From Bdellovibrionota bacterium (GTDB lineage: Bacteria > Bdellovibrionota_C > UBA2361): 64,000 nucleotides of DNA. The stretch lies in assembly GCA_044352465.1 (NCBI GenBank), contig JBILDU010000002.1, forward strand, positions 13,915 through 77,914. Direction: 5' to 3'. The translations under genes and the position numbers were made by a program. This document shows, piece by piece, positions 38,301-47,700 of this stretch. Each line of letters begins with the position of its first letter. Position 1 is the first letter of the stretch. The notes under the pieces are model-generated. The model ran no database searches. It saw only the letters and a program-made list of their open reading frames with translations, and was not told the origin of the DNA.

Positions 38301-38713
38301 GCCGCATCTCCCTTGGCCTGAAGAGGATTAATTTCGAGAGCTTGCCGCAAGGATAAGGAGGCAGAATGGTGGTAGTTCCTCGTGGACGCAGGAGACATCG
38401 CAGATTCGCGCTTTTCTTAAAATAACTCGCTCTGTGGCTGTTGCAGTCCGATAGTCATAACGTGATCCAACAAATTTTTCACCCGGGGAGATGTCGGCGT
38501 AACAAAAGTAAGGGGTTCGGCATCTTATAAGAACCGCTCCCCCAGGAAGCGCTCAGATTGTTTCGGGGAGGGCGCGGGGGAAACAGGTGGCCGGCTGTGC
38601 AACGTCGCGTGTTATTTACTCATGAGGCTTCGGCCCAGAGTTCAACCTGACTGAGGTCGTTGATCTCAGTTTCGCAGCGCTAATCGATGGGATGACGACA
38701 AAGATGTATCGGT

Positions 38714-39784
38714 ATGTTTAGTCTTTGGAAAAAGCAGGAGCAGCTCGTCGGCATCGATATCGGAGCTGCGGCGATTAAAGTTGTTGAGCTCGAACTCGGT
38801 AGAAGTGGGGCTCGACTCCGTCGCGCGGAGCTCTGGCCGCTCAAAGGGGATGTCTTTTCCAACAATTCGATTACTAAGCCGGATCGCGTCGTCGGTGAGC
38901 TTCTCCGACTGTGTGATAACGTTCCGCCGCCCCGCGCTGTGACTGCGGTTCCAGCCCCGAGCGTCTTTGTAAAAAAGATTACCGTTCCAAAGTCGGGTGG
39001 AGCTGCCCTTGCAGCAAACGTGCAGCTTGAAGCGAGCAATCTGATACCGCACAAGCTCGATGCGGTGCGGCTTGATTATCAGGTGCTCGGGATGAGTGGC
39101 GCTAACCTGATGGAGGTGCTGCTCGTCGCGGTGAAGGGCGACGTGCTGGATAGTTTTACGGGGTGTCTCAACGGGGCGGGAATCGAGACAGCGATCGTCG
39201 ATGTGGACCTCTTTGCTTTGCAGAACGCTTTTGAGTTTACCCAACCGGAGCGTGCTCAGTCTACCGTGGCCCTCGTTAATATCGGGGCCCGTTACACGGG
39301 TGTGAACATCTGTCGCGGTGGCCGCTCGCTCTCGAGCGGTGACATGGCGATTGGGGGACGCGGATGCACCGAGGCTTTGATGCACCATCTCGGCGTCGGA
39401 TTCGACGAAGCCGAGCAACGCAAGATTCGATGTGACCACGATGAGAAACGCGCCGAGATTCATGAAGTGTTAGGGCGTTGGGTGGATAGCGCGGCGCTTG
39501 AGATTAATCGGCAACTAGGACTTCTTTGGGGCGGAGTTGCCGCCGATGGACGGATCGATTCCGTCATCGTGAGTGGGGGCGGTTCGCTCGTTCCCGGATG
39601 CCTTGAGGCGCTATCGCGGCGAACCGAATTGCCGTGTGAGCGGCTCGACCCATTTCGGGGCCTCGAACCCGGGGATATCTCGGGAGCAGGTGGTGAGCTA
39701 GCTGCAAGTGCCTCGATGGGGGTCGCGGTCGGCCTCGCCCTGAGACGCTTGGGTGATAAATCCACGGCGGGGCTAGCGGTATGA
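38714..39784 (+). CDS. pilM: type IV pilus assembly protein PilM (actin-like ATPase fold)
   Basis: N-terminus LVGIDIGAAAIKVVEL… typical of PilM. 356 aa. Confidence 0.9.
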   Translation: MFSLWKKQEQLVGIDIGAAAIKVVELELGRSGARLRRAELWPLKGDVFSNNSITKPDRVVGELLRLCDNVPPPRAVTAVPAPSVFVKKITVPKSGGAALAANVQLEASNLIPHKLDAVRLDYQVLGMSGANLMEVLLVAVKGDVLDSFTGCLNGAGIETAIVDVDLFALQNAFEFTQPERAQSTVALVNIGARYTGVNICRGGRSLSSGDMAIGGRGCTEALMHHLGVGFDEAEQRKIRCDHDEKRAEIHEVLGRWVDSAALEINRQLGLLWGGVAADGRIDSVIVSGGGSLVPGCLEALSRRTELPCERLDPFRGLEPGDISGAGGELAASASMGVAVGLALRRLGDKSTAGLAV

Positions 39785-40377
39785 TTAAAGTTAATCTTCT
39801 GGGCGAACCGGCCGGGATCGATCGTGCTACCCAACGGTGGTTCGGTGCCTACGGTGCCTCGGTACTACTCCTCGTTACCCTTTGCGGTGTTGTCTATGCG
39901 AGCTCCATCGCCCGAGTCGGGGCGCTCGAGAGCGAGACGACGGAGCTTAATAGCACGCTCTTAAAGCTAAAAAAGGAGACGAAAGAGGTACGCGAGCTTG
40001 ATGCCAAAAGGAAAGAGCTCCACGCCAAACTCGATGTTATCGCCCGATTGAAATTGACTAAAGTGGGGCCGGTGCGTGTCCTTGACGATCTAAACCAAGC
40101 GGTCCCGGAGCGGGTGTGGCTAACGGAGATAGCCGAAACAGCGACGATCTTAAAGTTGAGTGGCTATGCCCTCGACAATCAGACTATCGCAGCGTTCATG
40201 AAGGAGCTTGAACGTTCTGATTTTTTTGAAACGGTCGAGCTCGTTGAAACGAAGCAGATGGATCGAGATGGCGTGAAGATGAAGCTCTTCACCCTCGAGT
40301 CGAGGATAAACTACGCTGGCGCCTCCCCCAAGCCAGCGGCTACCGCGGACACTGCTCCGGAGGGGCGAGTCGGATGA
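39781..40377 (+). CDS. pilN: type IV pilus assembly protein PilN
   Basis: ATGA overlap with pilM. MIKVNLLGE…, single N-terminal TM, coiled-coil then periplasmic domain. 198 aa. Confidence 0.8.
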   Translation: MIKVNLLGEPAGIDRATQRWFGAYGASVLLLVTLCGVVYASSIARVGALESETTELNSTLLKLKKETKEVRELDAKRKELHAKLDVIARLKLTKVGPVRVLDDLNQAVPERVWLTEIAETATILKLSGYALDNQTIAAFMKELERSDFFETVELVETKQMDRDGVKMKLFTLESRINYAGASPKPAATADTAPEGRVG

Positions 40378-41003
40378 ATGAATTCCTAACTCGATTTATG
40401 GACCGGCCGCGGGGTCATAAGATCGCCGCGTGGGTTGGGAGCCTCCTCCTCGTCGGACTGGTGTTCTGGCAGTCCTTCTATGCTGACATCGCTCAGCAGG
40501 TTGCTGTATTGCAGGAGCGTCGTGCCGACCTGAATTCACAGATCGAAGTTGAGCAACGGCTTGTCCGGAACTTGGCCGCCTATCGAACCGAGGTGGGTGA
40601 GCTCGAGGTTCAACTCCGCCAAGCGCTGCAAGAGCTCCCTGATAAAAAAGAGATTCCTGAGCTTCTGAAATCAATTTCAACCCTGGCGACTCAAGCGGGG
40701 CTCGAGGAGGCTCTGTTTCGTCCGGTGCCGGAAGTTTTTCGTGAGTTTTACGCCGAAGTCCCGGTAGCGATAGCGGTTCAGGGGACGTTTCATCAGGTGG
40801 CGAAATTTTTCGATGAAGTTGGCCGGCTTCCCCGCATCGTCAACATCAACCAGATCGCGGTGCGGGAACCTGAGCTCAAAGACGATGAGGTGAGAATTAA
40901 AGCGGAGTGCACCGCGACGACTTTTCGGTACCTCGACGAGGCCGAAATGGCGCGTCACCGAGAAGCAACTGAGGATGCCAAGAAGCGTCGGCGTCGCTCG
41001 TGA
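40374..41003 (+). CDS. pilO: type IV pilus assembly protein PilO
   Basis: ATGA overlap with pilN. N-terminal TM, coiled coil and periplasmic domain. 209 aa, in the canonical position. Confidence 0.75.
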   Translation: MNEFLTRFMDRPRGHKIAAWVGSLLLVGLVFWQSFYADIAQQVAVLQERRADLNSQIEVEQRLVRNLAAYRTEVGELEVQLRQALQELPDKKEIPELLKSISTLATQAGLEEALFRPVPEVFREFYAEVPVAIAVQGTFHQVAKFFDEVGRLPRIVNINQIAVREPELKDDEVRIKAECTATTFRYLDEAEMARHREATEDAKKRRRRS

Positions 41004-41606
41004 GGTCGGTGCAAGACGGTAATACGACACCAACTCCGGGATCCGACGCGCCGTCGACTACTCTCCAATCTGCCGCCTCAAAATTTTTTCGCCGGCTCTC
41101 ACACCTTGTCGTTTCCTAATCCGTGGGGCTCCATCTCCGCCGCAGCCGCCGAGAGTGTACGAAGGCGATCTTGTGGGAAGCGTGAGACAAGTAAACGGCG
41201 TTCGTGACGGAACGTCCGGCGTGGGGCCTCCCGTTGAGAGATGTGTAATTTTGATACTCCGTTCTAATGAGATCGCTTGTTGCAGAGTCGTTCGGAGGTC
41301 GGCTCTCGAGCCGAGCGGGGGGATGTCTGCAGAAAGAGGATTGACAGTTCTAACCCCAAAACCTTATTCAATTTCAGAGGCTTCCGGCGTCCTCCGCTGT
41401 TTTCAATTGCCTTATTTTCGGAAAAGCTCCCACACGAGGAGCCGGTTGGTTCAACGAGGTTTGCTTCTTCTCAGCGGTTGAGAAGGTGGTTGTTTCCGTT
41501 TTCGTTGCAATCCCGTTGCCTGTCGAAAGCATCATAGCCCAGACACCGTTGTGTCGGCTCAGCCTTCGGCACCGGTTGTTTTACGTTAGAGTAAATGGAG
41601 AAACTC

Positions 41607-43559
41607 ATGATTGTGAGCCCGAGAGTCATGCGGGGGAATCGCTCGATTCGGAGCGGTTTGTTGGCGGTCGCGGCCGTTTTGTGTCTTGTCGCGGGTAGCG
41701 CCTCGGCGGCGCCATCGAACGAAGCGGCGGCAAATGGAGCTGCAGCGACAAGCGGTGCGAACTCGACCTCGGAGTTGAGTGCAGACTCCGCCGTGACGGC
41801 GATTCGGATTGAGCCACTCGGTGCGACTGAGAACGCAATCATCGGCGAGCTTTCGAAGCCGACCGGGGTAACCTTAAAAAAGACAGCTCCATCGGAGTAC
41901 GTTCTCTCACTTGAAAATGCCACCCTTGCTGAGGCGGCTGCGGCGACGTTGGTAGCTCCGCCGAGTGCCGGAACGATTCGTTCGGTTCGTCCATTGACCG
42001 ATGCAAAGAGCGCCACTTTTCGGATCTTTGCTGCACCGACCGTGGATTTGAAAGCTGAGGTGCGCGGCAACCAGTTCGTGGTGAAGGCGGCGACGACGTC
42101 GCTCGACGAGCGTGCGCAGATGGATCCGAACGGAGCTCCAGCACCTGCCGCCGACGCAGCGGCTAAACCGGCGAGTGCCGATGAGGTGACGATTTCCGGA
42201 CCCGAGGCACCCACTCAGGAGATGGACGCCGAAGTCGCGGCGCTCTTGAGCGAACAGCCCAAATATAGCGGTCGACTCATCTCCCTTGATCTCCAAGATA
42301 CCGATATCGATAACGCTTTGCGGATTATCGCTGAGGTCTCGAACTTGAACATTATCGCGAGCGAAGATGTTGCCGGTAAGGTAACGCTGCGGCTCATCGA
42401 CGTGCCGTGGGATCAGGCGCTGGATGTTATCCTCAAGACGAACGCCCTTGATAAAGTTCAAGAGGGGAACGTCGTGCGCATCGCGCCGGTGGAGAAGCTG
42501 CGTTTGGAGCGGGAAGCTCTGAAGCAGTCTCAGCAGGCGGAAGACGATCTCGAACCTCTCTCGGTGAAGTATATTCGGGTCAGCTACGCGAAAGCGGCTG
42601 AGCTCAAGCCTCTCATCGATACGGTCATCTCGGAGCGCGGCTCGGTCTCATACGATGAGCGGACTAATCAGCTTATCGTCAAAGATATTCGCAAGGGGCT
42701 CAAGAACGTCGTTGAGCTCGTCTCGAAACTTGACCTGCGCACTCCGCAGATCTTGATCGAGACCCAGATCGTTGAAGCGAAACGTGACTTTTCGCGTGAG
42801 CTTGGAGCGGAGCTCGGCTTCCAGTCGATTCAATCGCCGGAGACCGGTAACGCTACGAGCCGAAATTTTCCGAACTCGATCAACATCGTTGGTTCAACGG
42901 ATGATAAAGGCACGTTCTCAAGTTTCCCGGCGGCATCGGGAGCTGCGGGGATCAGCTTCCTGCTCGGCAGTGCTGATGGATCGCTATCACTTAATACCCG
43001 CCTCTCCGCCCTGGAGAACGAGGGGCGTGGTCGTGTGGTGAGCCGTCCATCGGTGGCCACGACCAATAACAAGCAGGCAGTGATTAAGAGCGTCGAGAAG
43101 GTGCGCATTAAGACCCCAAGTGGGGGTGTCTCGGTAGCGACCGGCTCGGGTGCTTCGGCGAGTGGTACGAGCGCCGTAGCCACGGAGGTTATTGAAGTCG
43201 GTATCGTTCTTGAGGTAACCCCGCAGGCGTCGCCGGACTACTTCGTCCTTCTTGATATCAATGCGAAGTCGAGTACGCTCGGCGTGGCGCGGGTAGATGG
43301 CATTCCGGGCGAGATTGAGCGGAGCGCCACCTCGACCGTGCTCGTTTCAAGTGGTCAGACCTTTGCGATGGGTGGCATCTACAAGATCGACGACTCAACG
43401 AGCGTTGAGGGCGTGCCGTTCTTCAAAGACATACCGTTCATCGGCCACTTCTTTCGCAGCCAGTTGGTGGATAACGGAGACGAGGAGCTGCTCTTCTTCC
43501 TGACTCCCCGGATCGTTGAGGGTAGTTTCGACGATGCTGCGATGAAGGTTAATTCGTAG
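41607..43559 (+). CDS. pilQ: type IV pilus secretin PilQ
   Basis: Signal peptide present. Ala/Ser-rich AMIN-type N-region. Secretin C-domain …LVSSGQTFAMGGIYKIDDSTSVEGVPFFKDIPFIGHFFRSQLVDNGDEELLFFLTPRIVE. GGAG RBS 6 nt before ATG 41607 (alternative ATG at 41595). Confidence 0.9.
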   Translation: MIVSPRVMRGNRSIRSGLLAVAAVLCLVAGSASAAPSNEAAANGAAATSGANSTSELSADSAVTAIRIEPLGATENAIIGELSKPTGVTLKKTAPSEYVLSLENATLAEAAAATLVAPPSAGTIRSVRPLTDAKSATFRIFAAPTVDLKAEVRGNQFVVKAATTSLDERAQMDPNGAPAPAADAAAKPASADEVTISGPEAPTQEMDAEVAALLSEQPKYSGRLISLDLQDTDIDNALRIIAEVSNLNIIASEDVAGKVTLRLIDVPWDQALDVILKTNALDKVQEGNVVRIAPVEKLRLEREALKQSQQAEDDLEPLSVKYIRVSYAKAAELKPLIDTVISERGSVSYDERTNQLIVKDIRKGLKNVVELVSKLDLRTPQILIETQIVEAKRDFSRELGAELGFQSIQSPETGNATSRNFPNSINIVGSTDDKGTFSSFPAASGAAGISFLLGSADGSLSLNTRLSALENEGRGRVVSRPSVATTNNKQAVIKSVEKVRIKTPSGGVSVATGSGASASGTSAVATEVIEVGIVLEVTPQASPDYFVLLDINAKSSTLGVARVDGIPGEIERSATSTVLVSSGQTFAMGGIYKIDDSTSVEGVPFFKDIPFIGHFFRSQLVDNGDEELLFFLTPRIVEGSFDDAAMKVNS

Positions 43560-43606
43560 CGCTGGGCTTGGTTAACGGAACTTTTAATTCCTGAAGAGAG
43601 AAAAAT

Positions 43607-44257
43607 ATGAATTTATCACGACGGTTCATTCGCCCAGTGCTTGGAGTCGGGATGACCTTGGCGATGGTTGGCTGTGGTTCGGCGTCGAACGATGACCAAG
43701 GGGTCTCTTTCACCAACCTCGGGTTTTTTAGTGTGGACACAGAGACGAACGCTTGCGAGGAGACCGGTGTCTCCTCGGCAATCGTTTCGATCGGCACGAG
43801 CGTCGGGAGTAACTCCTTGACGGGTGCTTCGTTATGTATCGGGTTGCAGAACAATTTGTCTGGCCAGTTCATTCGGTCTGAGCGGGCGACCATCACCTAT
43901 TCTATTCCGGGTGCTGCGCTCCAGCCGCCGAGCGCTGTTGTTCCGGTCTCGGCGATCATGGGACCAGGTAGCGCAGGTGCTTCAACCTCACTGCCCGATG
44001 GTGTCACGAACGAGAGCCGCGTCATTTCAGGTATCCTCTTGTTGCCGGCTGAGACCTTGCGTTTTCTCAGCGTCAATCGAGGGGCGTTGCCACGGGCGCC
44101 GTATACGATGATCGCGTCCGCTGCGGTGACCGGCGTTACGTCGGCGGGCGACAGCTTGGAGACGAATCCGGCTGAGATCGCTATCCAGGTGACGACGGCG
44201 AGCTTGAGTGCGACGGGGAGCGAGGCTGCTATCGAGGATCCCGCCCTGTTTGAGTAA
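43607..44257 (+). CDS. lipoprotein of unknown function downstream of pilQ
   Basis: Lipobox LAMVGC. Ser/Ala/Thr-rich 216 aa. Confidence 0.55.
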   Translation: MNLSRRFIRPVLGVGMTLAMVGCGSASNDDQGVSFTNLGFFSVDTETNACEETGVSSAIVSIGTSVGSNSLTGASLCIGLQNNLSGQFIRSERATITYSIPGAALQPPSAVVPVSAIMGPGSAGASTSLPDGVTNESRVISGILLLPAETLRFLSVNRGALPRAPYTMIASAAVTGVTSAGDSLETNPAEIAIQVTTASLSATGSEAAIEDPALFE

Positions 44258-44774
44258 AGGCGGGTGAATCTCGCTGGGGCGCGGAGCCAGCTATCCCCCT
44301 CCTCCTAAAAAAAGGGGGGCGGCCCCTCGATCTGGTGGGGTGGGGCGGGGGCTCCCCAAGAGTCTCCCCCCTTCAGCGCTACCGCAGTTTCCCGTCTCCG
44401 GTTTTCTACGTTTCGGGGGCCGCTGAGTTTTATGAGCGTTTCCGCCCCTAAAGTTCACTCCTCGAGCCTATTTCATCGCTTGGAAAGCGAGTTCCAGCAG
44501 ATATCCAGGCTAAGCCTGGTCAGAGGCCCCCTTTCTCGCTCGCCCGAGCCCCTGCGGCATCCGTAGTTAATGCAACTGGTTATGTTTACTCCGAAAGCTG
44601 CTTCGCTGGAGTTATTCGACTGGCTGTGGCAGACTTGCCCCTCAACACCGGAAGGTGTTTCGACTTATCGCTGCGGTGAGGTGTGCAAGCACTCCTGCGG
44701 GGAAAGCTTAGGACTGTGTGCGTTGCCGATGAGGTCTCTTCGAGAGCTACCTGTCGGTTGTAGTAGGCAAGGCT

Positions 44775-45245
44775 ATGGATATCAACGAGATTCAACAGAT
44801 CATCGCGTTATTTAAGCAAAGCGACGTGACCGAGTTCGAGCTCGATCACGATGGCACGAAGTTGCGTATCGCTCGAGGTGGTCAGCCGGTAACGGTCCAG
44901 ACCGTGGCGGTTCGCCCGGTTGATCTTGAGCCGGCCATCGTGGCGGCTTCAAATGGTCAACCTGTGGTGCGGACTGAGAGTCCTGCTCCCCTGCCGAGTA
45001 ACCTCACCAAAGTGGAATCCCCGATCGTGGGAACTTTCTACCGTCGTCCCTCGCCCGATGCGGAGCCGTTCGCCAAAGAAGGCGATCGAGTGAAGAAAGG
45101 GGATACCCTTTGTATCATCGAGGCGATGAAGGTCATGAACGAGATCGATGCTCCATGTAGCGGCAAGGTCGAGAAGGTGTTCTTGTCGGATGGTAACGTG
45201 GTTGAGTTCGGAGAGGTCCTCTTTCTTATTAATCCGGAAGCTTAG
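44775..45245 (+). CDS. accB: acetyl-CoA carboxylase biotin carboxyl carrier protein
   Basis: Biotinylation motif CIIEAMKVMNEI. Pro/Ala linker. Confidence 0.92.
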   Translation: MDINEIQQIIALFKQSDVTEFELDHDGTKLRIARGGQPVTVQTVAVRPVDLEPAIVAASNGQPVVRTESPAPLPSNLTKVESPIVGTFYRRPSPDAEPFAKEGDRVKKGDTLCIIEAMKVMNEIDAPCSGKVEKVFLSDGNVVEFGEVLFLINPEA

Positions 45246-45268
45246 CGAGTCCGGGGAGCGCTCATATC

Positions 45269-46675
45269 GTGCAAAATCCTCCGTTCAAAAAAGTTCTTAT
45301 TGCAAACCGTGGTGAGATCGCCGTTCGGGTGATTCGGGCGTGTCATGAGTTGGGGATCCGCACGGTGGCGGTCCACTCCAAGGCCGATGAGTCGGCGCTG
45401 CACGTCAAACTCGCCTCTGAAAGCGTCTGTATCGGCCCAGCGCTGGCGAAGGATAGTTACCTGAATATCGCTTCGATTATGGCAGCGGCGGTGGCGACGC
45501 GAGCCGATGCGATACATCCGGGGTACGGTTTTCTCAGTGAAAATGCGGCTTTTGCCGAGATATGCGGAAGCTGCGGTATCACCTTTATTGGTCCGACCGT
45601 CCGCAATATGCGCGTCATGGGTGATAAGGCCCGAGCGCGGCGTGCTGCTGATAAAGCGGGTGTCCCCACGATTCCAGGGGACAGTCGCGGTTTGCTCGAC
45701 GTCGATGAGGCGATGAAGATCGCTGAAAGGGCTGGATTTCCGGTCCTCCTGAAGGCCTGCGCTGGTGGTGGTGGGCGTGGCATGAAGATCGTCCAGAACC
45801 CCGATGAGTTCGCGGCTCTTTTTAGCACCGCACAACGGGAAGTTGAGGCGGCCTTCGGTGATGGGCATCTCCTCGTGGAGAAGTATCTTCCGCGGGTTCG
45901 TCACGTTGAGGTGCAGCTTGCCGGTGACCTCTTTCATAACATCATCCACTTAGGGGTGCGGGATTGCTCGATTCAGCGCCGCTATCAAAAAGTTATCGAG
46001 GAGTCCCCGAGCCCCGGTTTGCCGCTTGAGGTCCAAGAGCAGATTCAAAACGCTGCAGTTGAAGTCGCCAAGTCGGTGAACTATTCCAACGTGGGAACGG
46101 TTGAGTTCTTAGTCGATCTCAACACGATGAAATTTTATTTCATCGAGATGAATACTCGGCTCCAGGTCGAGCATCCGGTGACCGAGATGGCAACCGATAC
46201 CGATCTCGTTAAGGAGCAGATTCGGCTCGCTGCAGGGTTGGAGCTTTCGATTGCGCAGAAGGATGTGGTCATTACCGGTCACACCATGGAGGCGCGAATT
46301 AATGCTGAAGATCCGCGGCGTCTTATACCTTCGCCGGGGTTGATCCAGAGCTATCATCCCCCCGGCGGGCATGGAGTGCGGGTCGATTCGGCGCTTTACA
46401 GCGGTTATACGGTGCAGCCGTATTACGACTCGTTGGTGTCCAAGCTCATCGTGCGGGCGCGTGATCGGGCCTCGTGCATTCAAAAGCTCCTTGTGGCGCT
46501 CGATGAATACATCATCGAGGGGATTAACACGAACATCGAGTTGCACCGGCGGATATTGCGCCACCCTGATTTCCAGAGCGGAAATTTTTACACGAAGTTT
46601 CTCGAACACGTGCCTATGTTTCCGAAGGATGAGGGATGCGCGGATACAGCCACACGCTCAGGAGCGTCTGCCTAA
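45269..46675 (+). CDS. accC: acetyl-CoA carboxylase biotin carboxylase subunit
   Basis: ATP-grasp biotin carboxylase motifs (…GGGGRGMKIV…, …EMNTRLQVEHPVTE…). Confidence 0.95.
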   Translation: MQNPPFKKVLIANRGEIAVRVIRACHELGIRTVAVHSKADESALHVKLASESVCIGPALAKDSYLNIASIMAAAVATRADAIHPGYGFLSENAAFAEICGSCGITFIGPTVRNMRVMGDKARARRAADKAGVPTIPGDSRGLLDVDEAMKIAERAGFPVLLKACAGGGGRGMKIVQNPDEFAALFSTAQREVEAAFGDGHLLVEKYLPRVRHVEVQLAGDLFHNIIHLGVRDCSIQRRYQKVIEESPSPGLPLEVQEQIQNAAVEVAKSVNYSNVGTVEFLVDLNTMKFYFIEMNTRLQVEHPVTEMATDTDLVKEQIRLAAGLELSIAQKDVVITGHTMEARINAEDPRRLIPSPGLIQSYHPPGGHGVRVDSALYSGYTVQPYYDSLVSKLIVRARDRASCIQKLLVALDEYIIEGINTNIELHRRILRHPDFQSGNFYTKFLEHVPMFPKDEGCADTATRSGASA

Positions 46676-46689
46676 GGGCGCCTACCAGA

Positions 46690-47700
46690 ATGCAATTTTG
46701 GGGACTCGCAATCGCTTTGATGATTGGCGGGTTAAGTGCGCCGCTCGGCGCATGGGGGCAGTCGAGCACCCCGCGACCTCACGCAGTTGCGCCCGAAGCA
46801 ACCTTTCATTTCGGCACGGTTGCGCAGGGTACCAAGGTGAAGCACGAGTTTAAGATTAGGAACGAGGGGTCCGGTCCCTTCCATATTCAGCGGGTCGTGC
46901 CGTCCTGCGGTTGTACCGCCTCGGCGGCGGATCAAGCGACCGTATTTCCAGGTGGCGAGTCCACGGTTCGGGTCGAATTTGATACGACCGGTTTCTCGGG
47001 CGATCAGACCAAAACCGTGCGCGTATTAACAAGCGATTCGGAGCGGCCCTCGATCGATCTGGCGGTCAAGGGGACCATACTCGCCGATGTGGTTGCTGAA
47101 CCTGCGTATGTCTCCTTTGGCGACCTCTTTGTGGGGCCTCAGGGCAGCCCGGCCAAAACCGTTACGGTAAGCGTTCGTGAGGGGGCCTCCGTGCGCTTGG
47201 GAGAGGTGAAGGGGTGGTCGAAGTCGCTCGCAGTAACGGAGACGGTGAAGGAGTCGACGCGGCGGGTTCTCTCGATTCAGCTTCGCGACGGGGTGAAGCC
47301 GGGAGAGTTGCGCGACCGAATTGTGGTCACGCTCGTCACACCTCAGGGTGAGGGGACGCTGAATATCCCTGTAGTCGCCTCGGTGAAGAGCGAGGTCTTT
47401 GTAAGGCCGATGAGTCTCTCTTTCGGGGTCATCAGCGGGAGCGAGCCGATCGTGCGAAAGGCGACTCTGAGTAACCTGGGAGCGCGACCGCTCCAGATAC
47501 GTTCGATCACCTCAAGCCATCCCGGAGTGGTGGCTCGGTTTTCGCCGGTTGATGCGACCGGTAATTTTATCCTAGAAGTTGCTCTCGATCCCACGCAAAT
47601 TACGAGCGATTTTAAAGGCGAGTTGACTATAATCACCGATAGGCAGGACCTGCCTCCCATGGCATTACATGTATATGGGATCGTTCCGCCCCGCCTCTAA
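46690..47700 (+). CDS. DUF1573 domain protein (secreted, tandem Ig-like DUF1573 repeats)
   Basis: Signal peptide present. DUF1573 signature FHFGTVAQGTKVKHEFKIRNEGSGPFHIQRVVPSCGCTAS repeated. Confidence 0.7.
   Translation: MQFWGLAIALMIGGLSAPLGAWGQSSTPRPHAVAPEATFHFGTVAQGTKVKHEFKIRNEGSGPFHIQRVVPSCGCTASAADQATVFPGGESTVRVEFDTTGFSGDQTKTVRVLTSDSERPSIDLAVKGTILADVVAEPAYVSFGDLFVGPQGSPAKTVTVSVREGASVRLGEVKGWSKSLAVTETVKESTRRVLSIQLRDGVKPGELRDRIVVTLVTPQGEGTLNIPVVASVKSEVFVRPMSLSFGVISGSEPIVRKATLSNLGARPLQIRSITSSHPGVVARFSPVDATGNFILEVALDPTQITSDFKGELTIITDRQDLPPMALHVYGIVPPRL

Noticed and set aside
41471-42214. 247-aa minus-strand ORF overlapping pilQ, and the 108-aa ORF 41155..41481 in the pilO-pilQ gap considered as a pilP remnant
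   Set aside because: Antisense to the secretin N-terminal region. The gap ORF has no lipobox and no PilP-like domain, so I could not support calling it a pseudogene.
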